64,000 nt of DNA from a virus. The position numbers and the translations under genes are program-made. The stretch lies in IMG/VR virus record IMGVR_UViG_3300042197_003333, positions 1 to 64,000 of that record; one strand, written 5' to 3'. This document shows positions 28,962 through 39,294 of this stretch, in pieces. Position 1 is the stretch's first letter; each line of letters begins with the position of its first letter. The notes under the pieces were generated by a model. The model was given only the letters and a program-made list of their open reading frames with translations, made no database searches and had not been told where the DNA came from.

Positions 28962-29237
28962 ATGGAACTACCTTTTCAACAAAAAAATATATCGGACAAT
29001 ATTAAAATCAGAACTTTTAGTCCTGAAACGGACCCTGGTGAATTTACTTGGCACAGAGACAGAGAAGACAGGGTTGTAGAATTAGTTGAAGGGAATAATT
29101 GGTATTTTCAATTAGATAATGAATTACCAATAAAATTAGTTAAAGAAACTAAAATATTTATACCAAAAGGTGTTTACCATAGAGTAATAAAAGGAGACGG
29201 AGAACTAAAAGTAAAAATTGAATTTGTAAATGTATAA
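28962..29237 (+). CDS. Cupin-like protein
   Basis: WHRDREDR..W.FQLDNELP..IFIPKGVYHRVIKG. Confidence 0.7.
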   Translation: MELPFQQKNISDNIKIRTFSPETDPGEFTWHRDREDRVVELVEGNNWYFQLDNELPIKLVKETKIFIPKGVYHRVIKGDGELKVKIEFVNV

Positions 29238-30261
29238 CGAAAGTCAATTAAAAGTTGCCAATTTAATAATTAAGAACAAAGTTTTTAGTTATGATAAAAA
29301 GATTGGAATGCTCTCGGGATTTAAATTTTATTTTACTGCAAAAGTTACAGGACAAAGAGTTATGTATCATGCAGGGGAACCATACCATACAATACAATTA
29401 GATGTAGAAGTTGTTAAAGTTTCAGGTCCATTAGCATTTAGAATTTTTGACTCTAGAAAAGGGATAAATTTTAATAGAATTGAAATGATTGAAGATAGGA
29501 GTCACCAAGCTGGATTTGATTATCTTATGAGAGATATGGCTCGGGTATTAGAAGATTTTTTTAAAGTTTTGGACTCTAATGTAACCACTCAAGTGGAGAA
29601 TTTAAAAATCTCAGAAAATCTTGAGACTGAAGACCCATTAAATTTTGGTCAAATTTCTGAGGCGAAAGTTAGCCGAAATATGACAAGAACAATTGTTAGA
29701 GATATTGTTGACGTATTAAAACTAAAACAAGAATCAGAATTTCATTTACCTGGAGCGTTAAGAAATGAAGATAGATATTCTTTTATTGGTTTTTCCGATT
29801 TTAATGTAATTGTTGATGTTAATTTCCAAGATGAAAATAAATTTGGAACTGACTACAGAATTGAAGCTGGATTTCAAACAACCGAAAATACTTTGCAATT
29901 TATTTTTGAAATAAATCCTGAAAGATTGGAGAAAAATTTGTATTCTATTATTGGTGAACTAAATGATTATGTTGCCCACGAATTGCAGCATTTAAGACAA
30001 CAAGATGAAGGAAGAATATCAAAAGAAGATTTTATTGGTTCAAATTTTGAATACTTTATGCAACCAGATGAAATTGAAGCTCAATATTATGGATTAAAAC
30101 GAAAGGCGAAACTTATGAAATTACCCTTAAAAGATGTTATTGATGATTATTTTGCATTCAAACAAGATTTGTTTGAATTGACTAATAATGAAATTAATCA
30201 AATTAAGAAAGCGGTTCTGTCTTTTCGTCCTGACTCTTTATCCTTGAAAAAAACTGCTTAA
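29230..30261 (+). CDS. Protein with C-terminal zincin-like HExxH domain
   Basis: VAHELQHLRQ...YFMQPDEIEAQ. Confidence 0.65.
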   Translation: MYNESQLKVANLIIKNKVFSYDKKIGMLSGFKFYFTAKVTGQRVMYHAGEPYHTIQLDVEVVKVSGPLAFRIFDSRKGINFNRIEMIEDRSHQAGFDYLMRDMARVLEDFFKVLDSNVTTQVENLKISENLETEDPLNFGQISEAKVSRNMTRTIVRDIVDVLKLKQESEFHLPGALRNEDRYSFIGFSDFNVIVDVNFQDENKFGTDYRIEAGFQTTENTLQFIFEINPERLEKNLYSIIGELNDYVAHELQHLRQQDEGRISKEDFIGSNFEYFMQPDEIEAQYYGLKRKAKLMKLPLKDVIDDYFAFKQDLFELTNNEINQIKKAVLSFRPDSLSLKKTA

Positions 30262-30853
30262 GAAAGTTTCTTAAACTAACGGCACTTAACGAAGTTATTC
30301 CCGACAATACAATTCTTTCCGCAATTTCCTCAATATTATCAGGTGTTATTATTCCTGATGTTGCATAACCATTTAAAATACTTAATATTGGTATCATAAA
30401 TGTAAAACTTGAAATTAATAAAATACTTGTGGTAGTAACTCCAATTGACTCCAAAAAATTAACAAGAGCCGACTTTAATTCTTTTCCTTTTTCTAACGCA
30501 GATTCAAATGCGGATATTAATCCTTTTTCTTTAATTTTTGCAATAAATTCTGTTATTAATTTTTCATTATTATAAAACAGCATTGAACAAACGCCAACGG
30601 AAATAAAATTAATATCACTTTGAGTAAGTTCAGGAAATTTATCATTAACAAATGAATTTAATGGTCCCATAAAACCGGCAATTGTTGAACTCCATGTTAA
30701 TAAAAACTTTAAATCAAATTTTAAAACTTTTTGAGTATCAACAAGATTTTGTTTTGCCGTCTTAATTAGATTTGACAAAATTTTTGATAAATCACCCATA
30801 AGTGATTCTGTTATAAGTTTTTTTTGTATTTCTTCGGAGATTGTAATTTCCAT
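30203..30853 (-). CDS. Leader-bearing multi-TM protein
   Basis: ATG 30853 MEITISEEIQKKLITES; several hydrophobic segments. Confidence 0.65.
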   Translation of the reverse strand: MEITISEEIQKKLITESLMGDLSKILSNLIKTAKQNLVDTQKVLKFDLKFLLTWSSTIAGFMGPLNSFVNDKFPELTQSDINFISVGVCSMLFYNNEKLITEFIAKIKEKGLISAFESALEKGKELKSALVNFLESIGVTTTSILLISSFTFMIPILSILNGYATSGIITPDNIEEIAERIVLSGITSLSAVSLRNFLKQFFSRIKSQDEKTEPLS

Positions 30854-30926
30854 AATATTTAATAAATATATTAATGATTTAATTAACCCAAAATTAAAAA
30901 AAGGAGATAGAGTAGTTTGCATTTTT

Positions 30927-31520
30927 ATGCCAGGGGAAACATCAGTTATGCCTGGAGACAGAGGAACTGTAACTTCTATTGGAAACGGACCCGGATTTAC
31001 TCAATATATGATGAAATGGGATAATGATTCAACACTTGCTCTTATTGAAGATGAATCAGGACCAACTCAAGACAAGTGGATGTATGAGTCGGACTATGAA
31101 ATGCGTTTTAAAAAAAGAAAATCTAATTTGAAAGAATCAGATAATAAGTCACCACAACAAAAAAACATGGAACATTTAATGAATAATATAAATGTTTTTA
31201 GGTTATTTGACAGAAAATTTTTATTTGAATATTTGGAGAAAGTTAGAGAGTCTGGAATTGTAAATATGTTTGGAGCGGCTCCATTTCTTTATATGGGAAG
31301 TGATAGAATTGAGAGCGAACACAAGTATAACGAAAATAAGGATGAGGACGCATTTGAACAAGTTGTTGAAATGGCAGACGAAGCAAAAGATAAAATGATT
31401 CAAGGTGCAATGAAGGTCCTTGAAAAAGAGGGAAAAGAACTTGATATTAACAGACTTTCAAGACTAGTACAAACATATTCAAAAAAAGTTTTGGATATGT
31501 TTATTACAACATATCATTAA
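30927..31520 (+). CDS. Hypothetical protein (DUF4314-like N-terminal part, RESGIVNMF domain)
   Basis: PGDRGTVTSI..MKWDNDSTLALI; VRESGIVNMFGA; frame is open upstream (KKGDRVVCIF), so the start may be earlier. Confidence 0.6.
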   Translation: MPGETSVMPGDRGTVTSIGNGPGFTQYMMKWDNDSTLALIEDESGPTQDKWMYESDYEMRFKKRKSNLKESDNKSPQQKNMEHLMNNINVFRLFDRKFLFEYLEKVRESGIVNMFGAAPFLYMGSDRIESEHKYNENKDEDAFEQVVEMADEAKDKMIQGAMKVLEKEGKELDINRLSRLVQTYSKKVLDMFITTYH

Positions 31521-31522
31521 AT

Positions 31523-32110
31523 ATGAAAAAAATTATAAGATTAACAGAATCAGATTTGGTTAAAATAATTAAAAGAGTTATTAGTGAACAACCTACTCCG
31601 CCAGCAAATCTTCCATGGATAGATAATAAAGGAAATTATAAAAACATTTCCACAAAAGAAGATGTTGTTAAGGCTAACAAAAAATATTTAGGTCTTCCCG
31701 CCGATGATGCAAATCTTACAACAAAATATTTGGGCGAAGTAAAACAAAAATTAAAACAAGCAGGTATTGGTGATTCAGAAATTGAACTTTTAGGTAATTT
31801 GGCAGGTTTTATACCCTATTTTGAGACCGCAATTGATTTAGAATCAATTGTAAGTGGAATTATTAATAATGATAAAGAACAGGCCAACTCTGGCATTGTG
31901 GGGATGGTAGCCCCTTTTGCGGGAAAATTAGTTTTAAATTTAGTGGACTACTTTAACGAAAAAACTTTTGGTAGAGAAAAAGGACAAGAAGTTTCTGGCA
32001 AAAGAAAAGATATAATTAATATGACAGACTCTGAAAGAATTAAATTATACCAAAAATATGGTATGGGTGGATACGATAAGTGGGTTGCTGACGGCAAACC
32101 AAAACTCTAA
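31523..32110 (+). CDS. Leader-bearing protein with pre-toxin-TG-like helical segment
   Basis: MKKIIRLTESDLVKIIKRVISEQ; GFIPYFETAIDL..GIVGMVAPFAGK. Confidence 0.7.
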   Translation: MKKIIRLTESDLVKIIKRVISEQPTPPANLPWIDNKGNYKNISTKEDVVKANKKYLGLPADDANLTTKYLGEVKQKLKQAGIGDSEIELLGNLAGFIPYFETAIDLESIVSGIINNDKEQANSGIVGMVAPFAGKLVLNLVDYFNEKTFGREKGQEVSGKRKDIINMTDSERIKLYQKYGMGGYDKWVADGKPKL

Positions 32111-32634
32111 ACTATATTCACAAACTTTTCTTTAAATTCTTCGAGTGTTATGCCTTCCTTATCTTTTGAACTAATTGTCAAATTAATTAGAGTTCCGGCC
32201 ATATATTTAAAAATTATTTCAGACAATTCATTTATTGACGAATATTTTATGCAAACCTCACTTTCTTTATTATATGGTTTGTCAACAAGATAGTTAACAA
32301 TCGTTCCAGATTTTAATGTTAAAAATCCGTGAGCAAAATGATTTGGCACAATAAGTGTTTCGCCCTCATTTAATACAAATGAACTAAGTTTACCAAATGT
32401 TTCTTTTCTTAAATCAACAACAAAATCAACAATTTTTCCTGAAACAACTGATACTTTTTTGGTTTGAGAAAACTCACCAAGTTGGGTATGCATTCCTCTA
32501 AATGTAAACAAATTATCATTAACACTTATGTTTGATTGAATCCATTCTTTTGATAATGGAATTGGAGCAAATAGTCCTCTATTGTCTTTAAAGACAGGTG
32601 TTGTTAATAATTGTGGTTCTGAAATCATAAACAA
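32107..32634 (-). CDS. rmlC: dTDP-4-dehydrorhamnose 3,5-epimerase
   Basis: FKDNRGLF, QSNIS, FRGMHTQ, QTKKVSVVSGKIVDFVVDLR, FAHGFLTL. Confidence 0.9.
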   Translation of the reverse strand: MFMISEPQLLTTPVFKDNRGLFAPIPLSKEWIQSNISVNDNLFTFRGMHTQLGEFSQTKKVSVVSGKIVDFVVDLRKETFGKLSSFVLNEGETLIVPNHFAHGFLTLKSGTIVNYLVDKPYNKESEVCIKYSSINELSEIIFKYMAGTLINLTISSKDKEGITLEEFKEKFVNIV

Positions 32635-32693
32635 TAGTAAATAAAAATTTGATAATTGAAAATACCAATATATTTATTGCAAAAAATATTATT

Positions 32694-33101
32694 ATGGGAG
32701 CATACTTTTTAAACATATCTGAAGAAGAAAAAAAATCAATTCAAGAAAAACAAAGAAGTCTTTATGACGGATATAAGACAATGGCACCAAAAGTTGAAGG
32801 TGAAACACCCCTTAAAGTTGAAGATTTAGCTTTAGATAAAGGTGGAGTAACTGTAAATAATCAAAATGAAGTTTCTGAATATAAAAATACAGGAATTAAT
32901 AAAAAAATGGAAGAAGATGCTCCTGTATGTGAACAATGTGGTTCAACATTGGCCGAAGGTAAGATGTGTGAATGCGGACCAATGAAATATTCTATGGAAG
33001 AACTTGAAGAATCAATTAAAGTTAAAGGTAAAAAAAATCAAGTAAAAGAACAAATTAATGAATCATTAAATTGGTTTAAGAGGTTCAATAACTACCTATG
33101 A
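32694..33101 (+). CDS. Leader-bearing protein with CxxC..CxC motif
   Basis: MGAYFLNISEEEKKSI; CEQCG...CECG; C-terminal INESLNWFKR. Confidence 0.7.
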   Translation: MGAYFLNISEEEKKSIQEKQRSLYDGYKTMAPKVEGETPLKVEDLALDKGGVTVNNQNEVSEYKNTGINKKMEEDAPVCEQCGSTLAEGKMCECGPMKYSMEELEESIKVKGKKNQVKEQINESLNWFKRFNNYL

Positions 33102-33433
33102 AAGTAAAAGAAATTATTGATTACTATTATGCTCCGGCAACTGAAACTATTGAAGTTAGTTTTAGAATGAAGGGAGACCCTGAAACTCAAATGAGAGAAG
33201 CTGAATTTGATTTATCAACAACAAAGGATTATGGATATTATATTTTGGATACAGATTTTCCTGAATCAAAAGATTATAAATATGAATATTCCGAATATAC
33301 AGATGATATAGTAATTGGTGAAGACCTTGACTATGATGAAGATGTCAAAATTGACAAAAGTGAATTAAGAAATTTTATTTCAGAATATTATTCAAATAAC
33401 GAGGACTCACTTCCTGAACTCGTTCCATTCTAA
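33098..33433 (+). CDS. Acidic hypothetical protein
   Basis: Overlapping start with upstream stop. Confidence 0.7.
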   Translation: MKVKEIIDYYYAPATETIEVSFRMKGDPETQMREAEFDLSTTKDYGYYILDTDFPESKDYKYEYSEYTDDIVIGEDLDYDEDVKIDKSELRNFISEYYSNNEDSLPELVPF

Positions 33434-33482
33434 TTATTGAATTTTATTATTTTTTAAGTATTTATTGTATAATCATGCCCAT

Positions 33483-33734
33483 ATGAACCACGACATTGAT
33501 TTATACATATCAATCCTAAACGACCTATCGGGAAGTTCATCCAAAATTGAAATGGGAGAACAAGACGCTGCGGCTGGCGGAGGAGGAGAAAGTGCAACAA
33601 AAAACCCAAATAAAAGAGGAACAAATTGGAATGAACTTTATACATTAAAAAGAGGTAAAGCCAATATGCTTGGAAAAAAAGGAGAAAAATGGACAACTGG
33701 ACTTACAAGAGGAACCGCAAATCAAGTTTGGTAA
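33483..33734 (+). CDS. Small protein with duplicated W..RGxAN motif
   Basis: NWNELYTLKRGKANML and KWTTGLTRGTANQVW. Confidence 0.65.
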   Translation: MNHDIDLYISILNDLSGSSSKIEMGEQDAAAGGGGESATKNPNKRGTNWNELYTLKRGKANMLGKKGEKWTTGLTRGTANQVW

Positions 33735-33735
33735 T

Positions 33736-35790
33736 ATGAATAGAGAACAACAAGAAATATTGAATAGGGTTAAACTTCTTATGAAGTATGACACAAAAAA
33801 TACTTTGAATGAAAATTTTCAAGTTATCAGTGAACAATATGCGCCAACCAATGAAAAATTGTGGCAAATGGTAAACGGGGGAGACCAAGATTCAATTTTA
33901 GCATATGCGTGCGGTCTTAAAGAAATGAATTTCAGACAATTAGTAAATCTTTGGAAAACTATGTCCCCAAAATCGGGAGTGATTACTCCAGATTTACAAG
34001 GATATGGAATATATAATAGTCCAACCGCAGCAAGTGTTATTTTAGAAAATGAAATTTATTTAAGGAGAAAAAAAAATGAAAATGATTTTGCAAAAATATT
34101 AATTCCATTAAAAGAAATTTTGAGTACAAAAAGATATGGATGGCAGGCAAAAGACACATCTAATCAGGTTGGAAAAACTGCAGTTATGCCAGAATCAACA
34201 TTATTATCACCAGGAAAAGTTGACCCAAAGAAAGGAGGATTTGTTGGAAATACGATAATGTTTGCAAATAGACCTGCGACTTTGATTTGCGACGAAAAAA
34301 GAGTTTTACCAAAGGCAACTCCAAAAGAAAAAAAACAAGTAGAAAAAGGAATGGACTTTACAAACATACCTAACAGAAAAACTATGTTTGATAAGTTTAA
34401 ATTTTATTATGAAAAGAAAAATCCAAGTCAAACATTTGACACTCTTGATTTGAGAAAAGATGGAGAAAATAAAGATAAGTACGGAGTTCCTCCTGAAAAT
34501 TCAATTAAAAAATTTATAGAACAAAATTGGCAATATCCATCTGACGCTGGGACCAATATATACGATATTGCAATATCTGTTGGGTACAATAAAACCCAAT
34601 CAAAACAAATTTTAGAAAAGTTTGGAACACAAAACGAAAAGGGGGAAATTTATTGGAAAAATAGAACTGAAAAAGAAAAAAAACAGGAGGAAATAAAAAA
34701 ACAAGAAGGTGAATACGATAAACAATTATCTGATAAACAAGGAGATTTAATAAAAAATAAATTAGTACTTCGTGTTTTTCCTAATGCCGCAGAACTAGTC
34801 AAAGACGAAGATTGTAAAAAACAATATTTAAAATTTTTCCAAGCAATTGTAGATGGTTCTGTAAAGAATAAAAATAATAAAATTGTTGGTAAAGCGTATT
34901 ATAATAGTAAAGGTCAGATGTATTACGCAAAATGGAATGAATCCACTCCACCTTGTTCTGATGAATGGTGGGATGAGTATGGTATGTACGTACAAATTGG
35001 GGGGATGTTAGCTGTAAGTATATTAACTGGAGGTATGGGAACGATAGGTACAATTATAGAGTTAATTGCCGATGCTGGATTGAACTTATATTCACTTAAA
35101 AAAAACTATAAGGCTCAGAATGAAGACGCAGTTAAATTAGATTTTGCATATTTAATTTTACCATTTGCAATGGCTAGCGGGCCAATTAAACAAATTTTAA
35201 AAAATGCAAAATTTGGTGAAGAAACTTTAAAATCTGTTGAATCAAAAATAAATAATCTAGGTAAATATGCTAACTCAGATGATGTGAAACGAGTTTTAGA
35301 TGGAATGAGTGAACAAGAAAAAAGAGTTATTAAAGAATTGTCAAAAGATGAATATAAACCAATACTTAAAAAAGTAGGTGAAGAATATATTACCGGTTTA
35401 AAAGGAAATGCAAAACCTATAAGAAAAATATCAAATCCATTAATTCATCTTTTAGTTTATGGAACACCAGCCGCCGCATACACGTTGAAAAAAGTGAGCG
35501 AAATCAAAAATATATATTCAAAAAATAACAAACCTATAAATGTGGAAGAAGAGGCAGTTTGGACATCAATTTTTTCAAAATTAGGTGAAACAAAAAGTAA
35601 TGAATTAATTAATAATTTAAATGAAAATAAAGAATCTATTGAACAAATAACAAGTAACGTAAATTTTATAAATGCAGTTAAAAAATTACAAGGAATTAGT
35701 AATGAGGACGAGATAAAACAAATTGCGGATGATTTTGAAACTTATATGAATAATTTAGTTAATCAAATAAGAAAAGAACAAAATTTATAA
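33736..35790 (+). CDS. Large leader-bearing protein with internal hydrophobic helices (possible internal/ejected virion protein)
   Basis: MNREQQEILNRVKLLMKY..LNENFQVISEQ; GGMLAVSILTGGMGTIGTII. Confidence 0.75.
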   Translation: MNREQQEILNRVKLLMKYDTKNTLNENFQVISEQYAPTNEKLWQMVNGGDQDSILAYACGLKEMNFRQLVNLWKTMSPKSGVITPDLQGYGIYNSPTAASVILENEIYLRRKKNENDFAKILIPLKEILSTKRYGWQAKDTSNQVGKTAVMPESTLLSPGKVDPKKGGFVGNTIMFANRPATLICDEKRVLPKATPKEKKQVEKGMDFTNIPNRKTMFDKFKFYYEKKNPSQTFDTLDLRKDGENKDKYGVPPENSIKKFIEQNWQYPSDAGTNIYDIAISVGYNKTQSKQILEKFGTQNEKGEIYWKNRTEKEKKQEEIKKQEGEYDKQLSDKQGDLIKNKLVLRVFPNAAELVKDEDCKKQYLKFFQAIVDGSVKNKNNKIVGKAYYNSKGQMYYAKWNESTPPCSDEWWDEYGMYVQIGGMLAVSILTGGMGTIGTIIELIADAGLNLYSLKKNYKAQNEDAVKLDFAYLILPFAMASGPIKQILKNAKFGEETLKSVESKINNLGKYANSDDVKRVLDGMSEQEKRVIKELSKDEYKPILKKVGEEYITGLKGNAKPIRKISNPLIHLLVYGTPAAAYTLKKVSEIKNIYSKNNKPINVEEEAVWTSIFSKLGETKSNELINNLNENKESIEQITSNVNFINAVKKLQGISNEDEIKQIADDFETYMNNLVNQIRKEQNL

Positions 35791-35833
35791 AAAAACTTCA
35801 TCAATATGATATTTATAAAAAAAAAGTTAAGAT

Positions 35834-36994
35834 ATGAAAAAAGAAATTTTATTAGAAATAAATAGATTTAGAGAGATAATTGGGTTGAAAATAATTAAGG
35901 AAAGTTGGATAGATGATTTAATAAGAAAAGTAATTCCAGATTTTGATACGGCGTTAACTAAAACAGCAACTGACCCATCATTGACATCAGTCACAACTAA
36001 ACTTGAAGCCGATGCAAGTAATAGTTTGTTAAAGACTGCAAACGGAAAGTCAATTGACGATTTAGCGTCTTTAAAAAATGCTATTGAGTCGGACGATTTA
36101 TCTGACGAAACTTTAGAATTAATTTTAAAAAGATTTGTAGAAAATGATAGCGCACTATCTTCAAAACTTACCGATGAAATTATAAACTCAAGTCCGGGTT
36201 TACAACAAATTCAAAATAGTATTAACAAAATTGATATTAGTGGATTAAATTCAGAAGGTTTAATGAAAATTAAAAGTGGTTTAGAAAGAAAATTAGATAA
36301 CTTGACATTTGATAATGGTCAAAAATTACCTGACGATGTTGTTAAAAAATTTAAAGATGATATATCAGAAAAATTTGGCACGGCTGAAGCAAAAGTTAAA
36401 AGGACAGAAAAGGTTCAAACGACAACAAACATAGATAATATAATTGATGAATTACAAACTAGAACGGATGTCCAAAATGGAATTAAAGGTTTGATAAGGA
36501 AAGGAAAATATGGCGAGTTCAAAAGCAGACTGAATAAATTAGAAAATTTATTACAAGATGAAGAAAAATTAAAAAAACTTTTAGGGGATGTCGACTATGA
36601 TAAATATATAAGAGAATTAGAAGATTTCAGAGGAATGAGTAAGAACATATTTCAACGACTTGGAATCCGTGGATATGACTTCGCACAAAAACATCCTTGG
36701 TGGTCGGCGATTATTGTTCTTGCTGTTGTTTCTTATTTAAATAAACAATTAAATTTGATTGACGCAGGTGTTGCCCCCAGAATCGCTAAATTAATCAGTG
36801 ATGCTTGGAGTGGTTTTACTGGAGGCGAGAAAGAATACGGTATGAGTTTGGATGAATTTAAAAAGTTTTTGGAAGATAATAAATTGAGTTCTAGTGACGC
36901 AAAAAATGACACGGAGGGGTCAGGTTTTTGGAAAGCAGGAGGTAAAAATTATGAATATATCAAGGATAAAAAAACATACATAGAAGATAAATAA
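35834..36994 (+). CDS. Leader-bearing helical protein with one TM segment
   Basis: MKKEILLEINRFREIIGLKIIKES; WWSAIIVLAVVSYL. Confidence 0.75.
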   Translation: MKKEILLEINRFREIIGLKIIKESWIDDLIRKVIPDFDTALTKTATDPSLTSVTTKLEADASNSLLKTANGKSIDDLASLKNAIESDDLSDETLELILKRFVENDSALSSKLTDEIINSSPGLQQIQNSINKIDISGLNSEGLMKIKSGLERKLDNLTFDNGQKLPDDVVKKFKDDISEKFGTAEAKVKRTEKVQTTTNIDNIIDELQTRTDVQNGIKGLIRKGKYGEFKSRLNKLENLLQDEEKLKKLLGDVDYDKYIRELEDFRGMSKNIFQRLGIRGYDFAQKHPWWSAIIVLAVVSYLNKQLNLIDAGVAPRIAKLISDAWSGFTGGEKEYGMSLDEFKKFLEDNKLSSSDAKNDTEGSGFWKAGGKNYEYIKDKKTYIEDK

Positions 36995-37005
36995 GATTAA
37001 TATTA

Positions 37006-38532
37006 ATGAAAAACATTATTATTTTAGAGAAAACAAATGCTGACTTAGAAAAAGAAGGTTATAGTAGATGTTCTGAGTCAAAATATAATGACTATAAGAA
37101 AGATAGTGCAAACTACTATACCGCAGTATCTGATGAAGGAAAATATTACTATAAGAAAAAAGAACCGCCTAAAAAAGAAGAAGATAAAAAAGAACCGCCT
37201 AAAAAAGAAGAAGGTAAAACTACTGAAAAACCAAAACTAACTTCTTGCCCAAACACTCCATTTACAAACTCAACTGAAAGCGACGCATTTAGAACTTGGT
37301 TATTAGGAAAATATCCTGAATATAAAACAAAAGACAAACCTTATAACGTCAACACACCACCTCAACCAAAGTATATAAACACAACCGCTTTAAGATGTGC
37401 TTATAAAGACAAAGGTAAAGAGTATGAAGAGTTTTTAAAAGGAAAAACATCGGAAACAAAACAAAAAACGGCTGACGAAATTAAAACTGACTATGAAAAA
37501 ATAGCTAAAGATTATGAGATAGGCAAATCATTATATATGGAGCAACTTTGCAGTCCTTGGGAAGATGAGAACAATTTTGAAAAAGATTTTCCAGGAGAAG
37601 AAAATGCAATGGCAAAAGATTTTGTGGACTTTATATATATTAGAAACAGATTTGCTCAATTTAAAGATGATAAAACTTACAGAGTCGGAGACCCACTAAA
37701 AAGAGCTTTAAAAAAATACTCCCAGTGTGAAAAAAAACACGATGATTATGTTGCTGAAAATATGACACATAAAAGTCCTTGGTTAAGGGACTACGTTGAT
37801 TATAATGTCGTATGGGGACAACTAGAATTTATTGAAATTTATAAAGCTTGGAAATCAACTTTAGGACTTAGAAAAGAAAACACAATAATAAGAAAAAAAC
37901 TAGTAGAATATAAGAATATGAAAACAATTAAAGAATCAATCACAAGAAAATTATCAAACAAAACAAAAAAAGTTGACGTAATTTCTGAAAATCTATATAA
38001 AGTTGCTGGTAATTTCTATAACGAAAACTATAACGATTTTTTCAAAAAATTTGAAAAACTAACCGAAAACTACAAAAAATCAAAACTATTCTTAAATGAG
38101 GACTCTTCAGAAAGTTTTAATAGAGCAATCACCAAAGTATTTAAAGGTGATGAAGAAAAGTTAAAGAACGAAGCTATTCCATTTTTTATGAATAAACTTG
38201 GTCTTGAAGGTGAAGTTAAAACTCAGGTTGAAAACGAACTTAATAGAAAATACAATTCAGATAATATTGGAGATATGTTTCTTGATTGTTGGGCCGATAT
38301 TGTTGTTCAGGCATTTAAGGATAATGCAAAATCAGATATTTCAGAACCATCTAGTGTAATGGATGCAATTGAAAAAATTATGGTATCAAAAATTGATTCT
38401 TCTGAATTTGATTATCAATTAAAGAAAGAAATTTGCAAAATGTTAAAACCAGCTCAAGAAGAAAAACAATCAAAAGTTCAAGATTTGGCAAAAAAACTAG
38501 CCCAATCAATTATTGATTCATCTGAAGCTTAA
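37006..38532 (+). CDS. Charged hypothetical protein
   Basis: 508-aa ORF; KKEPPKKEE duplicated. Confidence 0.75.
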   Translation: MKNIIILEKTNADLEKEGYSRCSESKYNDYKKDSANYYTAVSDEGKYYYKKKEPPKKEEDKKEPPKKEEGKTTEKPKLTSCPNTPFTNSTESDAFRTWLLGKYPEYKTKDKPYNVNTPPQPKYINTTALRCAYKDKGKEYEEFLKGKTSETKQKTADEIKTDYEKIAKDYEIGKSLYMEQLCSPWEDENNFEKDFPGEENAMAKDFVDFIYIRNRFAQFKDDKTYRVGDPLKRALKKYSQCEKKHDDYVAENMTHKSPWLRDYVDYNVVWGQLEFIEIYKAWKSTLGLRKENTIIRKKLVEYKNMKTIKESITRKLSNKTKKVDVISENLYKVAGNFYNENYNDFFKKFEKLTENYKKSKLFLNEDSSESFNRAITKVFKGDEEKLKNEAIPFFMNKLGLEGEVKTQVENELNRKYNSDNIGDMFLDCWADIVVQAFKDNAKSDISEPSSVMDAIEKIMVSKIDSSEFDYQLKKEICKMLKPAQEEKQSKVQDLAKKLAQSIIDSSEA

Positions 38533-39009
38533 TTTAAAATTTTCCCAAGCAACAAGAAGGTCATTGTTAATAATGTCCGAAAACATTGTTGGTTCTTTTG
38601 GATAAACGGAAACAAAACCGGCTTCTTCTGGCGTTCTATCACCTTTTTTATGATTGCATTTTCCGCAAGATGTCACCATATTTGCCCAAGTATTTTTTCC
38701 CCCTCTTGACCTTGGAATTACGTGGTCAATTGTTAAATCCCTCTGACTTCCACAATAAACACATTTGAATTTATCTCTTTTTAATATTCTATGTTTGGAT
38801 ACACTTATCTTGCTTATTTTGTAAGATACGTATTCCAAAAGACGTATTATGATTGGTCTTAAAAACGTTCCAAATGATGTTATAATTGGTTGACCTTGTG
38901 ATTGCACAACTTCGGCCTTACCTTTAAAAACAAGGTTAAATCCCCTTTTAAAACTGGTTACATTAATTGGGGAATAATCCGAATTTAAAACCAAAACTCC
39001 TGTGTTCAT
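38518..39009 (-). CDS. HNH endonuclease (McrA-like)
   Basis: VLVLNSDYSP; RDKFKCVYCG..TIDHVIPRSRGG..W.NMVTSCGKCNHKK. Confidence 0.9.
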   Translation of the reverse strand: MNTGVLVLNSDYSPINVTSFKRGFNLVFKGKAEVVQSQGQPIITSFGTFLRPIIIRLLEYVSYKISKISVSKHRILKRDKFKCVYCGSQRDLTIDHVIPRSRGGKNTWANMVTSCGKCNHKKGDRTPEEAGFVSVYPKEPTMFSDIINNDLLVAWENFKLSFR

Positions 39010-39081
39010 TTTAACAAAGATATGCAATAGATTTATGAAACTCAAATTTTTTTTATTTGAATTTTTTACTATATTTCTATT

Positions 39082-39294
39082 GTGACGGACGAAATCAAAG
39101 AAAAAATAAAAAAATCTTCATATTATAAACTTACAGGAAATACTCCTGAAGGTTTTGTTATGGTTCATCAAAAAGTACTGGAAGACCTTAAAGATTTTGA
39201 TAATTGGAAAAATTTTAAACATTCTCCAAATTATATAATTGAAAAAAATATTGATATTTGTCTGTCTGATGATTATGATAGTGGAGTTATATAA
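39082..39294 (+). CDS. Hypothetical protein
   Basis: 70-aa ORF, GTG start. Confidence 0.55.
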   Translation: MTDEIKEKIKKSSYYKLTGNTPEGFVMVHQKVLEDLKDFDNWKNFKHSPNYIIEKNIDICLSDDYDSGVI

